Origin: Botryllus schlosseri | Lineage: Eukaryota | NCBI GenBank assembly: GCA_051294905.1 | Contig: CM119371.1 | Coordinates: 22,632,001 to 22,696,000, forward strand | Length of the DNA stretch: 64,000 bases | Direction of reading: 5' to 3' | In this document: positions 1 through 13,050 of the stretch, one piece after another | Layout of the letters: every line of letters starts with the position of its first letter | Numbering within the stretch: the stretch's first letter is position 1 | Translations under genes and position numbers: made by a program | The notes under the pieces: generated by a model | Told to the model about the DNA's origin: nothing | Databases searched by the model: none | The model's input: only the letters and a program-made list of their open reading frames with translations

Positions 1-691
1 CATTCGAAAAAATTCCCAAGTAATCGTAATCGTAATCGACTACTTCCCATATTTAATCGATTTCTTTGTGAAAGAACGATTACTTTTTATTTGTACAGGA
101 CTATGACATAAGCTGAACATTCGTTAACATGAACAAGGATTATACCCAGGCCGTGTTATTTTTGGCATTTCAGGAGCCAGATGCCAAAACTGCCAAAAAT
201 AAAAATTTGAAAATGCCAAAAATAAGCAATTTTTGGCATATGCCAAAAATAACGCGGCCTGCCAAATAGTGTATTTCCTTCATAGTGTTGTGTCAACAGG
301 ACCGCGTTACAAGCGAGAAGAGCGTTTGTGAAAGGCAGGTTTCTTAATCTGGGTCCAGCTCACCCATTAGGGGTGAAAGCATGGTGTCCTAAATGGTGTG
401 GGCACAGCGTGATTGAACGGCTGACTGCATTTGGTTACGTCATACTTTCCATTTGTCCAAAGGCAATTTTACGACCATTTTTGACCGGCTTGTCGAGCAC
501 TAAATTTGATAAAACGGGTATCAATGAGAAGCTGCCGCAGTACTGATTATTAAAATATAAATTATATTCTGCTCATGGAGCTGGAACCCCCAAATTCAAC
601 CACGATCTTTGCATTGTGATCGAGTTGAACATTGTGACGCAACAAACTGTCTGGCTATTTCTGAGCTGCATAGTCTCGTTTTGCCAGACAG

Positions 692-1304
692 TAGGGATGG
701 TGTGAACCTCTGAAAGGTTCAGGTTCGTGTGAATGCGAACCTTTTTGAAAGGTTCTGTGTGAACGCGAACGTCAAACTCATGACGTCACGTGACGTCACA
801 TTGCTAATTTCAACCCTATATTTCAAGATTGACCCCGTACGCTTGCTAGATTTTTACATCAGAAAACGATATCAATCTCATTGATTGATTGAATAAGCAT
901 CATTCGCTGACTACATGTAGTGTATTTCGCTCTTGATATTGTGTGATTGCGGGTCAAGCTCACAGCAGAGAGTCACTAAATATTCATAAGTAAGGCTGGA
1001 TAGGCGGAAGGGTGGATATTTCGAGCAAACCTTTGTAACAAAGCAAGTAAAATTTTTCAGAATGTCAACGTGCATGCTCGTTTAGTGTTGATTGTTTATG
1101 CTGTCAGCGCCATGCATAGATTGGCCCGTAGTTGAAATGCAATAAATTTGAACCAAATATGTTATAATGAACTGAAAATTGTAATATATGAAAAAAGGTT
1201 CACAGTGCAGAACCTTCCAAGGTTCTGTTGTGAACGCGAACCTCAAAATTTCCGAGGTTCACACACAGAACGCGAACGTGAACCTCACGTTCACACCGTC
1301 CCTA
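692..1304 (+). mobile_element. hAT-type MITE, TAGGGATGGTGTGAAC family (internally deleted copy), nested in 147-2126
   Basis: TIR TAGGGATGGTGTGAAC / GTTCACACCGTCCCTA; TSD CCAGACAG on both sides; GTGAAC/GTTCAC subterminal repeats. Confidence 0.93.
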
Positions 1305-1312
1305 CCAGACAG

Positions 1313-1772
1313 TCTTGTTGCGTCAATGTTCTTAAACAAGCTAACCTTCCCGGGACTCTTCCATGCGAGTTGGTAATATTAAAGCCACCTGAAGTGACAA
1401 AAGTCCTCCGAAAATATATCGGTAGACTGAAGGAGAAATGATAGTCGGGCTACTAAATAGAATGTGTTGAGAGACAACACAGGAAACTCCTGGAAAAGGA
1501 TCGGGAAGAAAATTCTTTCCGCGATGAGATCGATGGCACTGGCGAAGTGATCTCTTCATAATGCATGAAAGCCGGTTCGGCCCTCCAAAGATTTTAAAGC
1601 TCTGAAAACCTTTTGTGGATGACTGGCAACATTCTTTCCCTCAACGGCTACTGTTGAAGCCGATATTTCCCAGATTCGCTGGGCGAGAAATGAATTTAGG
1701 AGAAACTTAGCTGACCTGAGTTTGGAAGCACTGTTACAGTGCAAACGATTTAAGTCTATTCAACAGCTGTAA
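1313..1772 (+). pseudogene. Decayed hAT-like transposase C-terminus
   Basis: NLPGTLPCELVILKP...RL, then FKALKTFCG*LATFFPSTATVEADISQIRWARNEFRRNLADLSLEALLQCKRF* resembles the hAT C-terminal dimerisation region. In-frame stops present. Confidence 0.7.
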
Positions 1773-4329
1773 CAATCAGCTGTTGAGCGTGTTTGTTAGG
1801 CTTTTCTTTCTTTTTTTTTTTTGCTTATTGGCACCGAGTCCGATGGATACTGCACATTTTGTGGTTTCGTTTGATATTATTAACCTATGAAATCGTTAGG
1901 TTTTTTCTTCTTATTATTGTTTGTTGGCGCTGATTATACGTGGGTGATGCACATTTAGTGGTGTCTTTTGACAAACTAGCCCAAATAAAGCGTTTTTGTG
2001 ACTAATTCGAGGCTGAAACTATCTATTTAGAGGACGATGCCAAAACTGCCAAAAATAAAAATCGAAAAATGCCAAAAATAAGTTATTTTTGGCAGTTTTG
2101 GCATATGCCAAAAATAACACGGCCTGATTATACCAGTTAGTGATAGCACAAACGTCAGATTTCCAAATGACATTGCTCATTATTACGTCAGAAGTGGCCT
2201 ATTAGCTTTGCTCGTCATTGCGTAAGTATGAAGTATCCAGCTATCCACATATAGTGAATAGATATTCGATGTACATTGGTGTGATTGTAAGAACACTCAC
2301 CCTGCTGTATATCAGGTTATCGGGATAGTTAATCACCACTCTGCCTAGTTTAAAATAGTAACTTATGTATTGATGTTTGGTATGCTTAGTTAAACGCAGT
2401 TTGGCCGTTGCTGCTTGGCGAGCTGTAGGCTTATGTAGCACGAATGTACACCGGACAAAGGTTTGAAATTTTGTAGGCCTACTCGTCAAATAAAACATTA
2501 CGGTTTCCACGACGAAGCATTAAGAATCAACAGCTGTTGATATATCTCATAACCGAGCCGTTTCACGTAATGACTGCTTGTATTACATTATCTGTATTAA
2601 GTTGAAGGCAGAATTTTATGTTCACTATCTCTAATTCTCATATGATTCTACTTGAAACGGGCGCTAATCGTTATTTCACAATGCTTTACTCAACATTTGG
2701 ACCTGTCGCCATAGCCATCGGCTTGTATATCCTCCTCGCCCAGACGTAGCAGGCTAAAAGAAATACTTGCGTGAGACGCAAACACAAATTGCCGTGTCTG
2801 TCCATGCTCTGTGCGTGCCCGGGTGGCATTTGCATTGTGGGCTCAAATTGGACGGACCAGACTATTAAGTCACGCCCACCCAGCGCGGCTATTGACAATG
2901 GACCCATACCCCAAGTTTCGGCCAATGTCATTCATCAGTAGCACACTTTGTGGATTCTCATGTTGGCCGAAACTGCATGTGATTTTTGGTGAGTCGTGGC
3001 GCGGTATTGAGTGGCAGCTAAATGCCTGTTACTATGAATTATGCATGCTTTTTTTCTTGAGGAGGAGACGTATGTATTTCAAAATCAAACTACATAGAGA
3101 CATTTAAATCGCGATGGTCGTAGAACATTTTCAAGTTCATGAAATCTCTCGAAAATAGTCTATAATTTGTGTTGGTTTACGAAATAAGCCTATCTTTGAT
3201 TCCCTTTCGAGCTCTCTCTCCACCCTATTAGGAAATTTTGGGTGCGGCAGTTGCGGACGTAGCAAGAATGAAAATCGTCCTCTATAAAATGGGCAATGGG
3301 TAGGCTACTTTATGACGTAACAAACAAATGTCGCATCTTTTATAAAGAAAGTTGTTATCTCATCAGGCCTCTCAGTTTCAGTGCTATCCATATATTGTCT
3401 TCCAATATAACTTTAAAGATGCAAAATAACTGTAATCGTGAGTAATCGTGATTACTTTTCCAATGTAATCGTAATCGTAATCGACTACTTCCTGATTTTG
3501 CTGTAATCGTAATCGTAATCGCGTCATTCAGAAGTAATCGTAATCGCAATCGATTACATTCATGAAGTAATCACCCCATGTCTGTTTGCTACACTTCCTT
3601 ATTGATCGGACATACATTATTAAATTCTAATATTCGATAAGGCAGAAAGTAAGCAGTGCTAATATATGAACCATGGTATATTTATTGGCATTGTTATGGT
3701 CGTTGATATCAGGTAACCCATTATTGGAAAACACCTGTACCGCATATGATATCTGAGCACTGGTAGGCGGCAGCTCATTGTACACAAATATATATTGTTT
3801 CAGATTATATCAGAATATATCAGATTTCAGATTATAATATAGACTCAATCAAAGTGATTTTTCGCACTAACGTTGCCAGAACAGCGAAATCGTCATGGAC
3901 ATATGTATAATGTGATTCTGAACAATTGACAACGATGACGGAGTGCAAATTCGCCCGAGACAAAATGAAGTACTGGTGACATATAACTGGTTGTGGACCA
4001 TTGATTATTGGCTATGCGTGCCGCAATTGGGGGGAGGCCATATAAATTACTCTTTATCACCCGAAACACAGGCCGGCCTTCATGTCAATTCCTTTGCTCC
4101 CCAGACCAAAATTTTCATATGGATAATATCGTCACTGCCAAATATAAATACAATTACCAACTATATAAAATGTATTCGTAGCAAACCAAGCCCGGTTAAA
4201 ATAGATTCACGAAAGGAAAGGACGTAGTTTATTTTTGTCCTTGATGTTTTTGCGGCATATACACTGACTCATGATATACATACACACGATCTGCGCATAT
4301 GCATACCATGAGTGCATGATGTGCATATG

Positions 4330-4542
4330 CCGCTGGACAAGGAAGTGCAGATATAGCCTTTACGACTTTCTAAGCCATGCACCACTCCTCCATGCTATCC
4401 CAGTAATGCATGAGCGCCAAGCAGGGAAGCCATGGATACCAGTGTTACTAATCAGGTCTTTGGTCTGACCCGGCCGGGAATCGAACCCACGACCTACCGA
4501 TCAAGAAGCCGGACGCTTAACCATTACGCTATCTTGATCGGC
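4330..4542 (-). mobile_element. tRNA-derived SINE with Meta-domain-like core
   Basis: Minus strand shows A box TAGCGTAATGG and B box GGTTCGATTCC, followed by GGGTCAGACCAAAGAC...GGTATCCATGGCTTCCCTGCTTGGCGCTCATGCATT. Confidence 0.75.
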
Positions 4543-5178
4543 GAACAGGCAGCAATAGGTCACGACGTACCCATGACCATTTATTTGTATCGACATTCTA
4601 CGCATTTGTTTTCTTATCACTCGAAATTAGCTAAAGTTAGTGAATGAATTCGTCAATGAAATTGGTGCTTGCATATATCATTATCTATTCTATCATCTAT
4701 GAGCACATGTGATCGGTAATATTATCATATGTAAGCCCGAGTGATTTGACATTCCGGTAAATTCATGACGGCGATGACTTCGAATATATTTTTGTTGCAG
4801 ACGTTTATTATATACCTCCTAGGCCTATATGCTATCTCGCCACATAAGGTAAGTAATTAAACATCTTTAGTCACGTTCATACCACACAACTCACGGGTTT
4901 CCGTAGGGTTAGCGCCGAGCGGGTTTCTAATTCCTTTGTTGAAACAGGTTGTGATGAAAGATTTGCCGCTACTCAAATGATATTGGAATATGTTACACAA
5001 ACCAGATCAAACAAAAAGAAATAACTCTTTCACATATCTCCATGTATCACATTATTTATTTCTGCGTTCCCATGTCTAACCCGTGGCTCAGATTATAGAG
5101 ACATGGCTATTTCGCACAGACCATTTCGGTCGGCCTGGTGTAAATGTCAATAGTAGTCGATAAACACCAAGGTTACAA

Positions 5179-5486
5179 GGGAAGCTATTGGCGCACTTGG
5201 TAAAAACTGCATTCACGACAGCCAGTGGTTACTGGTTCGCGTCTCGGCTCTGTCGTGTTTCTATGTGTCGGCGGTTTATCAGGGCTCTTCATCGCCGAGG
5301 CGGCTGTGAATACAACGCAATGAAAAGCGCGGACGAAGAGAGACCGAACTCTCGGAAGATGGTAGCTTAAAGTCCAGAAATAAGGAAGGAAGACCGCAAA
5401 GACATTGTGTTAATGAAATTACCGTGTTGGACGCAGAAAATCTTATAGGCGATAAGCGCCAATGTTGTGAATAAAACAAAACAAAC
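5179..5486 (+). mobile_element. tRNA-derived SINE, family A
   Basis: GGGAAGCTATTGGCGCACTTGG head, GGTTCGCGTCT B box, AATAAAACAAAACAAAC tail; homologous to 52638-52955. Confidence 0.8.
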
Positions 5487-5752
5487 CATGAATACAAGAT
5501 CTCGTAATATACCGTTCTGTCGTAATTGCGAATGCAGTGTTTGATATAGAAAGTTGCTATTATTAAAATTAATGAATCTGGCGACACAACATCTCGTTAC
5601 TAACGATTAAAAATTTACAGGTGTATGCCCGGGAATAGCCCACTCAACTTAATCTTTATTCACGAACTTCTTTTTGGACCATTCACCCCTAAGTTTGCAG
5701 TGCGGTAGGTACAACCCTGATTACCGTCGTACACACATTACTGCATTAATTA

Positions 5753-6408
5753 CACTGGTCAACACATGCTTTTAGACAGACAAAGTAATAGATGTTCGGG
5801 GGATCTGAAGGGTACCGATTCCGAATACGACCTTAGTTTTTTTTCAAATTGGCTCTATTTTTGTAGATATTCCATGAGCCTATTTTGACTAAAATCTCAT
5901 ATTTTGGTTATATGGGCTAGATAAAAATTCGGCTCATCTGCACTATAAAGTGTTTTTCAAGGACAGGTAAATAGCTGTACACTCCGCTTTTATCTTGGAA
6001 GAAAGAACAAATGGTACGAGAGAAAATAAATTTATGATGTGCAAAAGAACAATTTTTAGGCCAGACAAACTGCTTTTTTCGATAGACAAAGATCTCTCAT
6101 CAGGGATCTCGCATCAGGTCATGTTAATATTGATTGAATAACTTAGGACGACATGACTGTTCATCATGGTCAATTCACTATTTATGCGCATTATACAAGT
6201 AGAAGAATCTAGGATTTACTTCCTACCAAATGAAATATTCCATAGTAAATACAATGATTTTATTCTTTTTGGGGGGTATAAATATCTTCTTTTCTAGAAC
6301 CAATCTGGCAAGACAAATGGGATATTCGTAATCAGCAACCTTGAAAACATCCGAAATGGCTCCTAGATGTTCTGCCAAAGAGTGTGGTTTTCATTCTGTT
6401 TAACAGTA
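5753..6408. mobile_element. Decayed non-autonomous DNA transposon, Chapaev3-like (CAC...GTG termini)
   Basis: CACTGGTCAACA left end after tta; degenerate TGTTTAACAGTA right end; internal ccgattccgaatacgacc and ttcgtaatcagcaacc motifs. Confidence 0.5.
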
Positions 6409-6935
6409 TATTATAACAGTTTCAACTGTGTGGTGATAGCTGTCACTGCCCAAGGATGAGAGACTTGGGTTTTCAAAATATCATGGTAAAATATCGTCCA
6501 GGCAAGTCAAAACGTTCAAGTGCGGGATTGAATCTGTCAGAATTATGTCGACGACAACAGAAAACTGCCTAATTACGCTGAAGCCATTATTGGTTACAAA
6601 AATCTGCTCATTACTATCGGGAATCCCTCTTTCCGTCCTTTCACGAACACGTCACGAACCCCAGGACACCAAGTTCGTTACAACACGTCGTTGGGATCCA
6701 TCCAAAAACTAATTTGACTGAACAATATTTATTATGCAACAATTCGTATTCCAGAATCGAAAATACTGTTCACGTAGAAGCAGTATACGAATCAACCATG
6801 ATAAACAGTCCGTGAGCCGGAAAATATGTGAACCATTGCTTTAGCTCATACCATAATACACGAACTATATTCTTATCCAATGTGAGCGAAAGATTAGGTC
6901 ATACATCGCAACTTCTAGAGACGCTGGTTACCTAC

Positions 6936-7299
6936 CTGGCCGCATAAGTTTATGAGGTATTTCCAATTGTACATATTGATCGGTAGATTGAGCAAGTCTT
7001 TCATGCAATTAACCTCCGCTTTGAGTCGACTGAAAGACGCGTAAATCACCGACTCGCTTTTTGATGACTTGAAAACGTTCGGGAAGCATTCCGTCATCAA
7101 TTTCGTGCCTTCAATCAGATTGTTGGGTGATTTCGTATCGACATGAATACAATATATGTGTTGGCTTCGGTAGATTGTGCTTAGTAGTAAAGCAACCTGA
7201 TGGAGATCTTTGTGCATGAGGATGGTGTATGCAATTGAAAACCGTAATTCTTTTGTTGTAGAATATGCCCTTTCTTGAGTTTCACTGAAGAATTGATAT
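6936..7299 (-). CDS. GCNT: GCNT-like paralogue A, coding exon 2 (Branch/GT14 domain N-terminal part)
   Basis: Acceptor ttgtctag|A, then YQFFSETQERAYSTTKELRFSIAYTILMHKD...HIYCIHVDTKS...ECFPNVF...SRLKAEVNCMKDLL...WKYLINLCGQ|gtaggt. These are classic GCNT motifs; exon ends in phase 0. Later exons were not found in the window. Confidence 0.93.
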
Positions 7300-8279
7300 C
7301 TAGACAATATAAATAGTGTAATACGTGTGCTCTTAACAATATGTAGCACGCTTAACACAGATTACACATATCAGGGAATATTGCATATAAATAGGCTGAA
7401 GAATCGACATGTGTGAGAATACCGGATGAAGTAGACGTGTGGAAAATCCATGACATAATTTAGTTTTGAAGTTCACATAATAGGCTACTTATTGAGCAAT
7501 GCATCTTACGTTTTATGTTGACGGGGATCATGCTTGGATATTTGATTGTTTTTATGTAAAGTCAATTGCTGAACGCACCGCTTAGTATAATAGCGGGATT
7601 TACTGCAATTCGATGCCGTCTTGTGTGTTTAATATTTACCTTGTATTGAAGTATATACCTGCAACGAACTGATAATTACTGATTGGTGGTTTTCAACGTT
7701 CAACAGATTGCATCTGATTTCCACGAATAGTTGGAATCGAAGTTTCCGAAGTCCTCATAAATATAACTGATTTGTTTTTCAAAACTTAGTTTGCGTGTCC
7801 AGTCCTTGATCTGTTTCACGGTATCACAATATTTTGGTGTTTTGAGCTGTTGTAAATGGCAATAAGGAAGCCATCATCATACCATTCTAGTAAGTAAAGT
7901 TTACCGCTTGCCTATATACTATGTCAATAATATCTTCCCGGTCTTTTAATATAATTGTATTCGAACTATCAGCAGTTAATGAATGCCTACTAATTAGCAA
8001 TAGGTTCATCTGAAACAGTAACAGTGAATCTCGATAAAACCAAGTACGGACCAAGATAAAAACTTTCAATAGTGGAAAGAACTAAAAATATATACTAAGC
8101 AATGTTAATATTTATAATGGTAGCAAAGGGATGACGGATGATAACCAAATCGCCAATACTAACATTTACCAGAAACGATAGTTCGGAACGATTTTGCAAT
8201 AGAAATTGACAACGAATGTGTCATTCTGAATTCGTTTAACTTCGTGATCACCATCGGTGTATATATAATTAGTTGTACC

Positions 8280-9399
8280 TAGGGCGATTTTTTTGACATG
8301 TCAAAATAAGGCTAAATTCTGTCAAAATTGTTTATAAACTAAAACAAATTTCCACCTGCATTTCGTTTGTATCGCAAATGTTTGCATTGTCAGTGAACTT
8401 ATCATTTGACATTTTACAGCCTTCAGTCTACTTTATAGGCCCACCGTTGAAGACGGTCACTGTTAATCATAAACGGCGAAATTAAAAAAAAATGTTTACA
8501 TCGTATTATACTGAACGTACCGCAATATCCGAACTAAAGCAAGATTGCGTGGGCATTGGTTCTTATATCAAGAAGCGCACTTTGAACAAATGTGACGTAG
8601 ACAACATTGTCAGAATGGAGCAACACGGTGTGTCACCAGCAGTGTAAGCAAAACTTCAGTGTTGCCGGCCAACAACTGCTACTGTTGAAAAACGTTTGTT
8701 TGTTTGTTTTGAGAAATTCATGGTGTTTGTCGACTACTATTGTCATTTACACCGGAGCAATTTTCTTCATCTATATTCCGCAGCTGCCGACCTGTAGCCC
8801 GGCTCACTTCGCTTTTTATAAGACACCGCCTACACGGATGAGATGACGAGGAGGAGACTCGATATACCTCCAACACTTGGCCAGGAATTCTGGAGTCGAC
8901 CTCGGTCGGAGTCAAAACCGCAACCCATTGGTGTTGCAGCTGTGTCTTATACCACTAGGCTACGCCATCTCGCCACAGTGCTGTTGAACGTTCTTTCTCC
9001 ATTCCTGACAAACTACTTAGTAAGAACATACACGTTCTACCCGAGAATGTAGGGAAGTATCTTTAGTTGTACTACAGCAAATTTTAATTATTTCTACCAT
9101 GACGCGTGATGTCATAATGTGATAATGTGATTCGTCATGGGTCCAGACTTCGTTAAGATAGTTCATTCATGTTACAATATGTCATTTTATCATTAACAAA
9201 AGTTTTACAGGCCAACAGCCTTCGTCAGGATATACAGTTACAACCAGAAATAAAGATAAGAAGTACAATTCTAACATTATGTGTAAGAACACCTAATTTA
9301 AATACATGAGGTCAAAATTGAGTTTTTAAAGTCGGAAAATGTCGAAATTTTGATTTAGTAGGTCGAAATCTCCACTCTTGGGTCAAATAAATCGCACTA
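8280..9399 (-). mobile_element. hAT-type MITE, TAGGGCGATTTT family, in intron 1 of GCNT A
   Basis: TAGGGCGATTTT / AAATCGCACTA ends; TSD GTTGTACC/GTTGTAAC; reverse-complement homologous to 28459, 55115 and 62837 copies. Confidence 0.88.
8694..8974 (-). mobile_element. tRNA-derived SINE, family B, nested in the 8280-9399 MITE
   Basis: GGCGAGATGGCGTAGCCTAGTGG head and (CAAA)n tail. It interrupts sequence that is contiguous in the other MITE copies; ctgttgaa is duplicated around it. Related fragments at ~43140-43300 and ~45960-46050. Confidence 0.8.
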
Positions 9400-9462
9400 G
9401 TTGTAACACAGGCAATAAAAAAACACGACTATTCATTCCGCCACATGTATATCTCATTTCAC

Positions 9463-9842
9463 CTTTTCCTGAATTCTTCACAACCTTCCTGCAGTAATAG
9501 GCTCATGACTTGTTCATCAGTCGTGACATCTGAAGTAGATTCGACGTATGTGTCGGAACTTTTCTTTCCATCATCTATCAATTGATAGCATTCTTCCAGA
9601 GTTAGATTTCCTGAATTTATGACTTCTTCCACTCCCTGCCTCGTACGGTGAGTAGTCGTCGCGTTATATATCATTTTCGGTCGAAAGCTGCCCCCATATT
9701 CGCTTTTATAAAAGTGCACGTCCTTTGCATTCATAATTGATTTGACGTATTGCCGGTGCAGTAACAAGCGGCAGGATATTATTTGAGTTATTAATAAAAC
9801 AACGCCACAGCCAATGAACAGTATGATCAGAAATCGGGTCAT
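9463..9842 (-). CDS. GCNT: GCNT-like beta-1,6-GlcNAc transferase paralogue A, coding exon 1 (type II TM anchor and stem)
   Basis: ATG at 9842 gives MTRFLIILFIGCGVVLLITQIISC (signal anchor), then stem with the two conserved Cys (EECYQL, EGCEEFRKR). Donor AG|gtgaaa at 9462, phase 2, same position as in paralogue B. Confidence 0.85.
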
Positions 9843-10186
9843 TTTGAGACTGATAAAACTTTTAGACTGGCGATTAGATTGACCTATATTGATGAGAAAA
9901 TATAAGAAGCTAATGATTATTGCGGGTGGAGCAATCCAAGTTTCCACTGGCAAAGAAATTACGGCAGCTTGGCTTACAGATATCGCAATTTCATGAACTG
10001 TGACGGTGACGAGAAACTGCAAAACTGCGAGCATATATATACGTTCTGACAGGAAAAACGAATACAGAAATTTTACAGCTCACAAACATGATCTCATACT
10101 CATGTCTCGCCACCATGCACAGATGTAGGACTAATCATACTTATGTTTCCTGATGCTCATGCGTCACCATATTCATGTGTTCCAAT

Positions 10187-10857
10187 CAAAGTTAAATCAA
10201 TTACATTAATTCAGTTCAAGAACAATATAAATTACTGTTTTAATTACATCACAATTACAATTGCTCCATGCTATAAATATCAATTTACAATTACTATTAA
10301 ACGTATAATGGATCAATCATACATCCAACTTCGGTAAAATGGATCTCACAAACGTAGCGACGAAATTAGCAACAATCACAAGCTATTCATGTTTCAATCC
10401 TGATACGTAGACTACCCTATATTTATAAAAAAACTCAAACGTTGTTGAACTATTCCCATCACGTGTTCTGAAAAATACAAACATAAGAAAAAATTTCTAA
10501 GCGACTGTTAACAACCAGAAGTTTAAGCGACAGGCAACGACTAACAACGGACAGGCTACAAGACAGGCAATGAAATACACAGAGCTGGCAAATAAAATGT
10601 GATTGGTAAGGCATCAGCGATATGTATAATCGCGATGGGGTGTGTAAAATTAGGATAAATGTAAATGGGAAGAAACTCCTGCTAACTACAAATTACAAAA
10701 TTTTGGTTTGCATTTTCATTTTAGCTTACTCAAAAACTGTTGGATTACGAATATACAAAAGAAAAATGCTTCAAGTAGAATTACAATACAATTACAGTTA
10801 CAAATGTAATTCATTACATTCATCTCAATTATAAATTATACAGTCGATCCAACTCTG
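10187..10857. mobile_element. Decayed MITE with (AATTAC)n subterminal repeats
   Basis: caaagttaaatcaattac left end, gatccaactctg right end; AATTAC arrays near both ends; no clear TSD. Confidence 0.5.
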
Positions 10858-11924
10858 GTGCCCGCTAGTGTTTTCCAAAATATGGAAAATTTGTAAAACT
10901 AGGATTTAATATCTCATTGGCGTTTCTACAAACTGAGCTTTCACAACAGAGCATTTTTATAATCCTTCGTTTTTTCGCGACCCTTAGGTGGCAGTCATTG
11001 TTATATTGTCTTCAAATATGTTCTCAAACATCAAGGATTTAAAAAAGATAACCAAGTAGTCGTCATCGTATTCATATTGTGCCTATCAGAAGTAATTGTA
11101 ATTGTGATTGCAATCGATTACTTCGAATCACTGATCAATCAATTACACAAAATACGAGTTAGCTCGTCCTCTGTAGACCAGGGGTCACCAACGCGCTGCC
11201 ATCGGGTGCTAGGTCGGCGTTAAGGACTTGATGGGTCGCCACCAATTGCACAAGCAAATATTTCAATGAGAGCTTTGAAGGACGAAGTGGATAAGGGTTT
11301 CATGCGGAAAGCAGATGAACATAAGTCACTCGACCCTATGGAACATGCAAACGAAGTTTTTGAACGAGGGGAGAGGCGTTGATCGTCTTTTCTTCCTGCG
11401 GATTCGAAAGAGAATGTAGGTAATATCCCCAAGTCCCGACACGAGATTGGTGTTTCCGCGCCCATTGCGGCAATGCAACTGAACTATGTGGAGCTTGCGC
11501 AAGTCCCTGGAACATTTTTCTATATACGGAGCAAAAACCCTGTCGATTTCTAGGAATGTAGGAAATAAATTAATCATTAACGGGGAAACGGCAGAATTAC
11601 CTGCAATAGTCCTTAAGGTAATCAATACTGAAAGGTTGGTGATCACTACTATAGACAGAGTTAAAAATGATGGAGAATGAAGATAACAAAACAAACAAGT
11701 ATTAAGTAATGTTAATCTTATGTTCACCTTCTGGGGATTCGCACCATCCCAACTGACTGACCTGAATTATTTTTATGACTTTGATACTTTGCGGTGCTCG
11801 TCAAGTCGTATATTATGATATCTATAATAACTCTCGGGAATATCTAACTGATTAACATTTCCTGCGGTTCGATTTGTAAACTCTATCTTGTCGTTGAACA
11901 GCATTGCCGCCAAGTGAATGCACA

Positions 11925-13050
11925 ACACAGTTTATTTGACACATGCCAAATAACAAATATAGCTTAATTTTGGCGTTCTCTTTATTTTTGGCAATTTTGG
12001 CATCGTCATGAATTCATATTTATAGACTCGAGTTAAACATGTAAAAAACTTCAGTTTAGACTTTCTTAAGAAGATGAAGTCAAAAAACATACAGTATCCA
12101 CACTGCACCAACAAAAAATCCCAATTGAAAACGATGTTGAAAACCAAATTCACCCGATACAAAACTGTGGGCTTCTGCACTATCTAATCTCAATAGTAGA
12201 TTCGCTATGCGTGAAAAATTACCGGCATCCTCACATATCCTATTACTTATGATAAAAATCTAAAAGGGTTGCTGATATGCTTGGATCACAGCCTTGACTA
12301 TAACGGACTAATGGTTCGAAAGCATGAGTGACTTTAATAATCAAGATAATATGAAAAGTTATCCACTCCGAGGCTAGGAAAAATCTCGGAAAGACTGAAT
12401 GTATATCCGTTTGTATGGTACGTACAGATTGGGACGCCTTTGCCCCAAGTATGTTCATTGATGGAACTATATCCCCGTTGGACAACGTGACATAATCTAT
12501 CAGTGATTGAGCAATGAGCATGCAGACATTTTTCAATTGCAAGTTAATGGATGAATGAAATATGGTATATGCACAACGAATTAAAAATGTGACCGTGTGA
12601 CAGCTATATGATGTCACAAAGTGTAAGAGCAGTGAAAACAGGAAAATGACTTGTCATTGCGCTACATCCAACAATATGGACTCTCTATCACAGATTCTGA
12701 CATACGCTGATCACTACACCTGAACAGGTACTCTTGCGAGCAGACATCGTCTACTTCCTAATTGCTGGCTTGATCAATCCACAGATTGACCGCCAATCTA
12801 AATTTAGTCGCTGGACATTTTGTTCTCGAGCCTAAGATCCCCGAAGAATATACGGACCCTAAATTAGGAATCCTGCATTACACACTTGATATGTCGCTTT
12901 ATATAAACTCCTGTCAATTATTGATGACATTTCATCAAAAAGTTTAATAGAAGTCTATATTTGCAAAAAGCCTTATTTTAGGCATTTTAAAATTTTATTT
13001 TGGACTGTTTTGGCATATGATTACCAAAATCCCACAAATAGCTGTAAATA
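11925..13050 (-). mobile_element. Old decayed hAT element inside left palindrome arm (ends related to 147-2126)
   Basis: Reverse complement of 11925-12008 resembles the right end at 2034-2126; 12960-13050 resembles the left end at 147-240. Confidence 0.6.

Larger units (their letters stand above)
147..2126 (+). mobile_element. hAT DNA transposon (defective) with transposase remnant
   Basis: TIR CAGGCCGTGTTATTTTTGGCAT / ATGCCAAAAATAACACGGCCTG; perfect 8-bp TSD ATTATACC (139-146, 2127-2134); GCCAAAA subterminal motifs. Confidence 0.92.
1..3584. mobile_element. hAT-like non-autonomous element with (AATCGT)n subterminal arrays, left end outside window
   Basis: gtaatcgtaatcgtaatcgactacttcc at 20-48 and a larger array at 3432-3570, ending ...ccccatgtctg at 3584. 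TSD cannot be checked. Confidence 0.55.

Noticed and set aside
2914..2974. Hairpin AGTTTCGGCCAA...TTGGCCGAAACT followed by Sm-like GATTTTTGG, as miRNA or snRNA
   Set aside because: Only 12 bp pair cleanly, there is no match to snRNAs I know, and it lies inside a transposon-derived span.
9843..10034. 64-aa N-terminal extension of GCNT A in the ORF track
   Set aside because: ATG 9842 gives a normal type II topology matching paralogue B; the extension spans probable intron signals.
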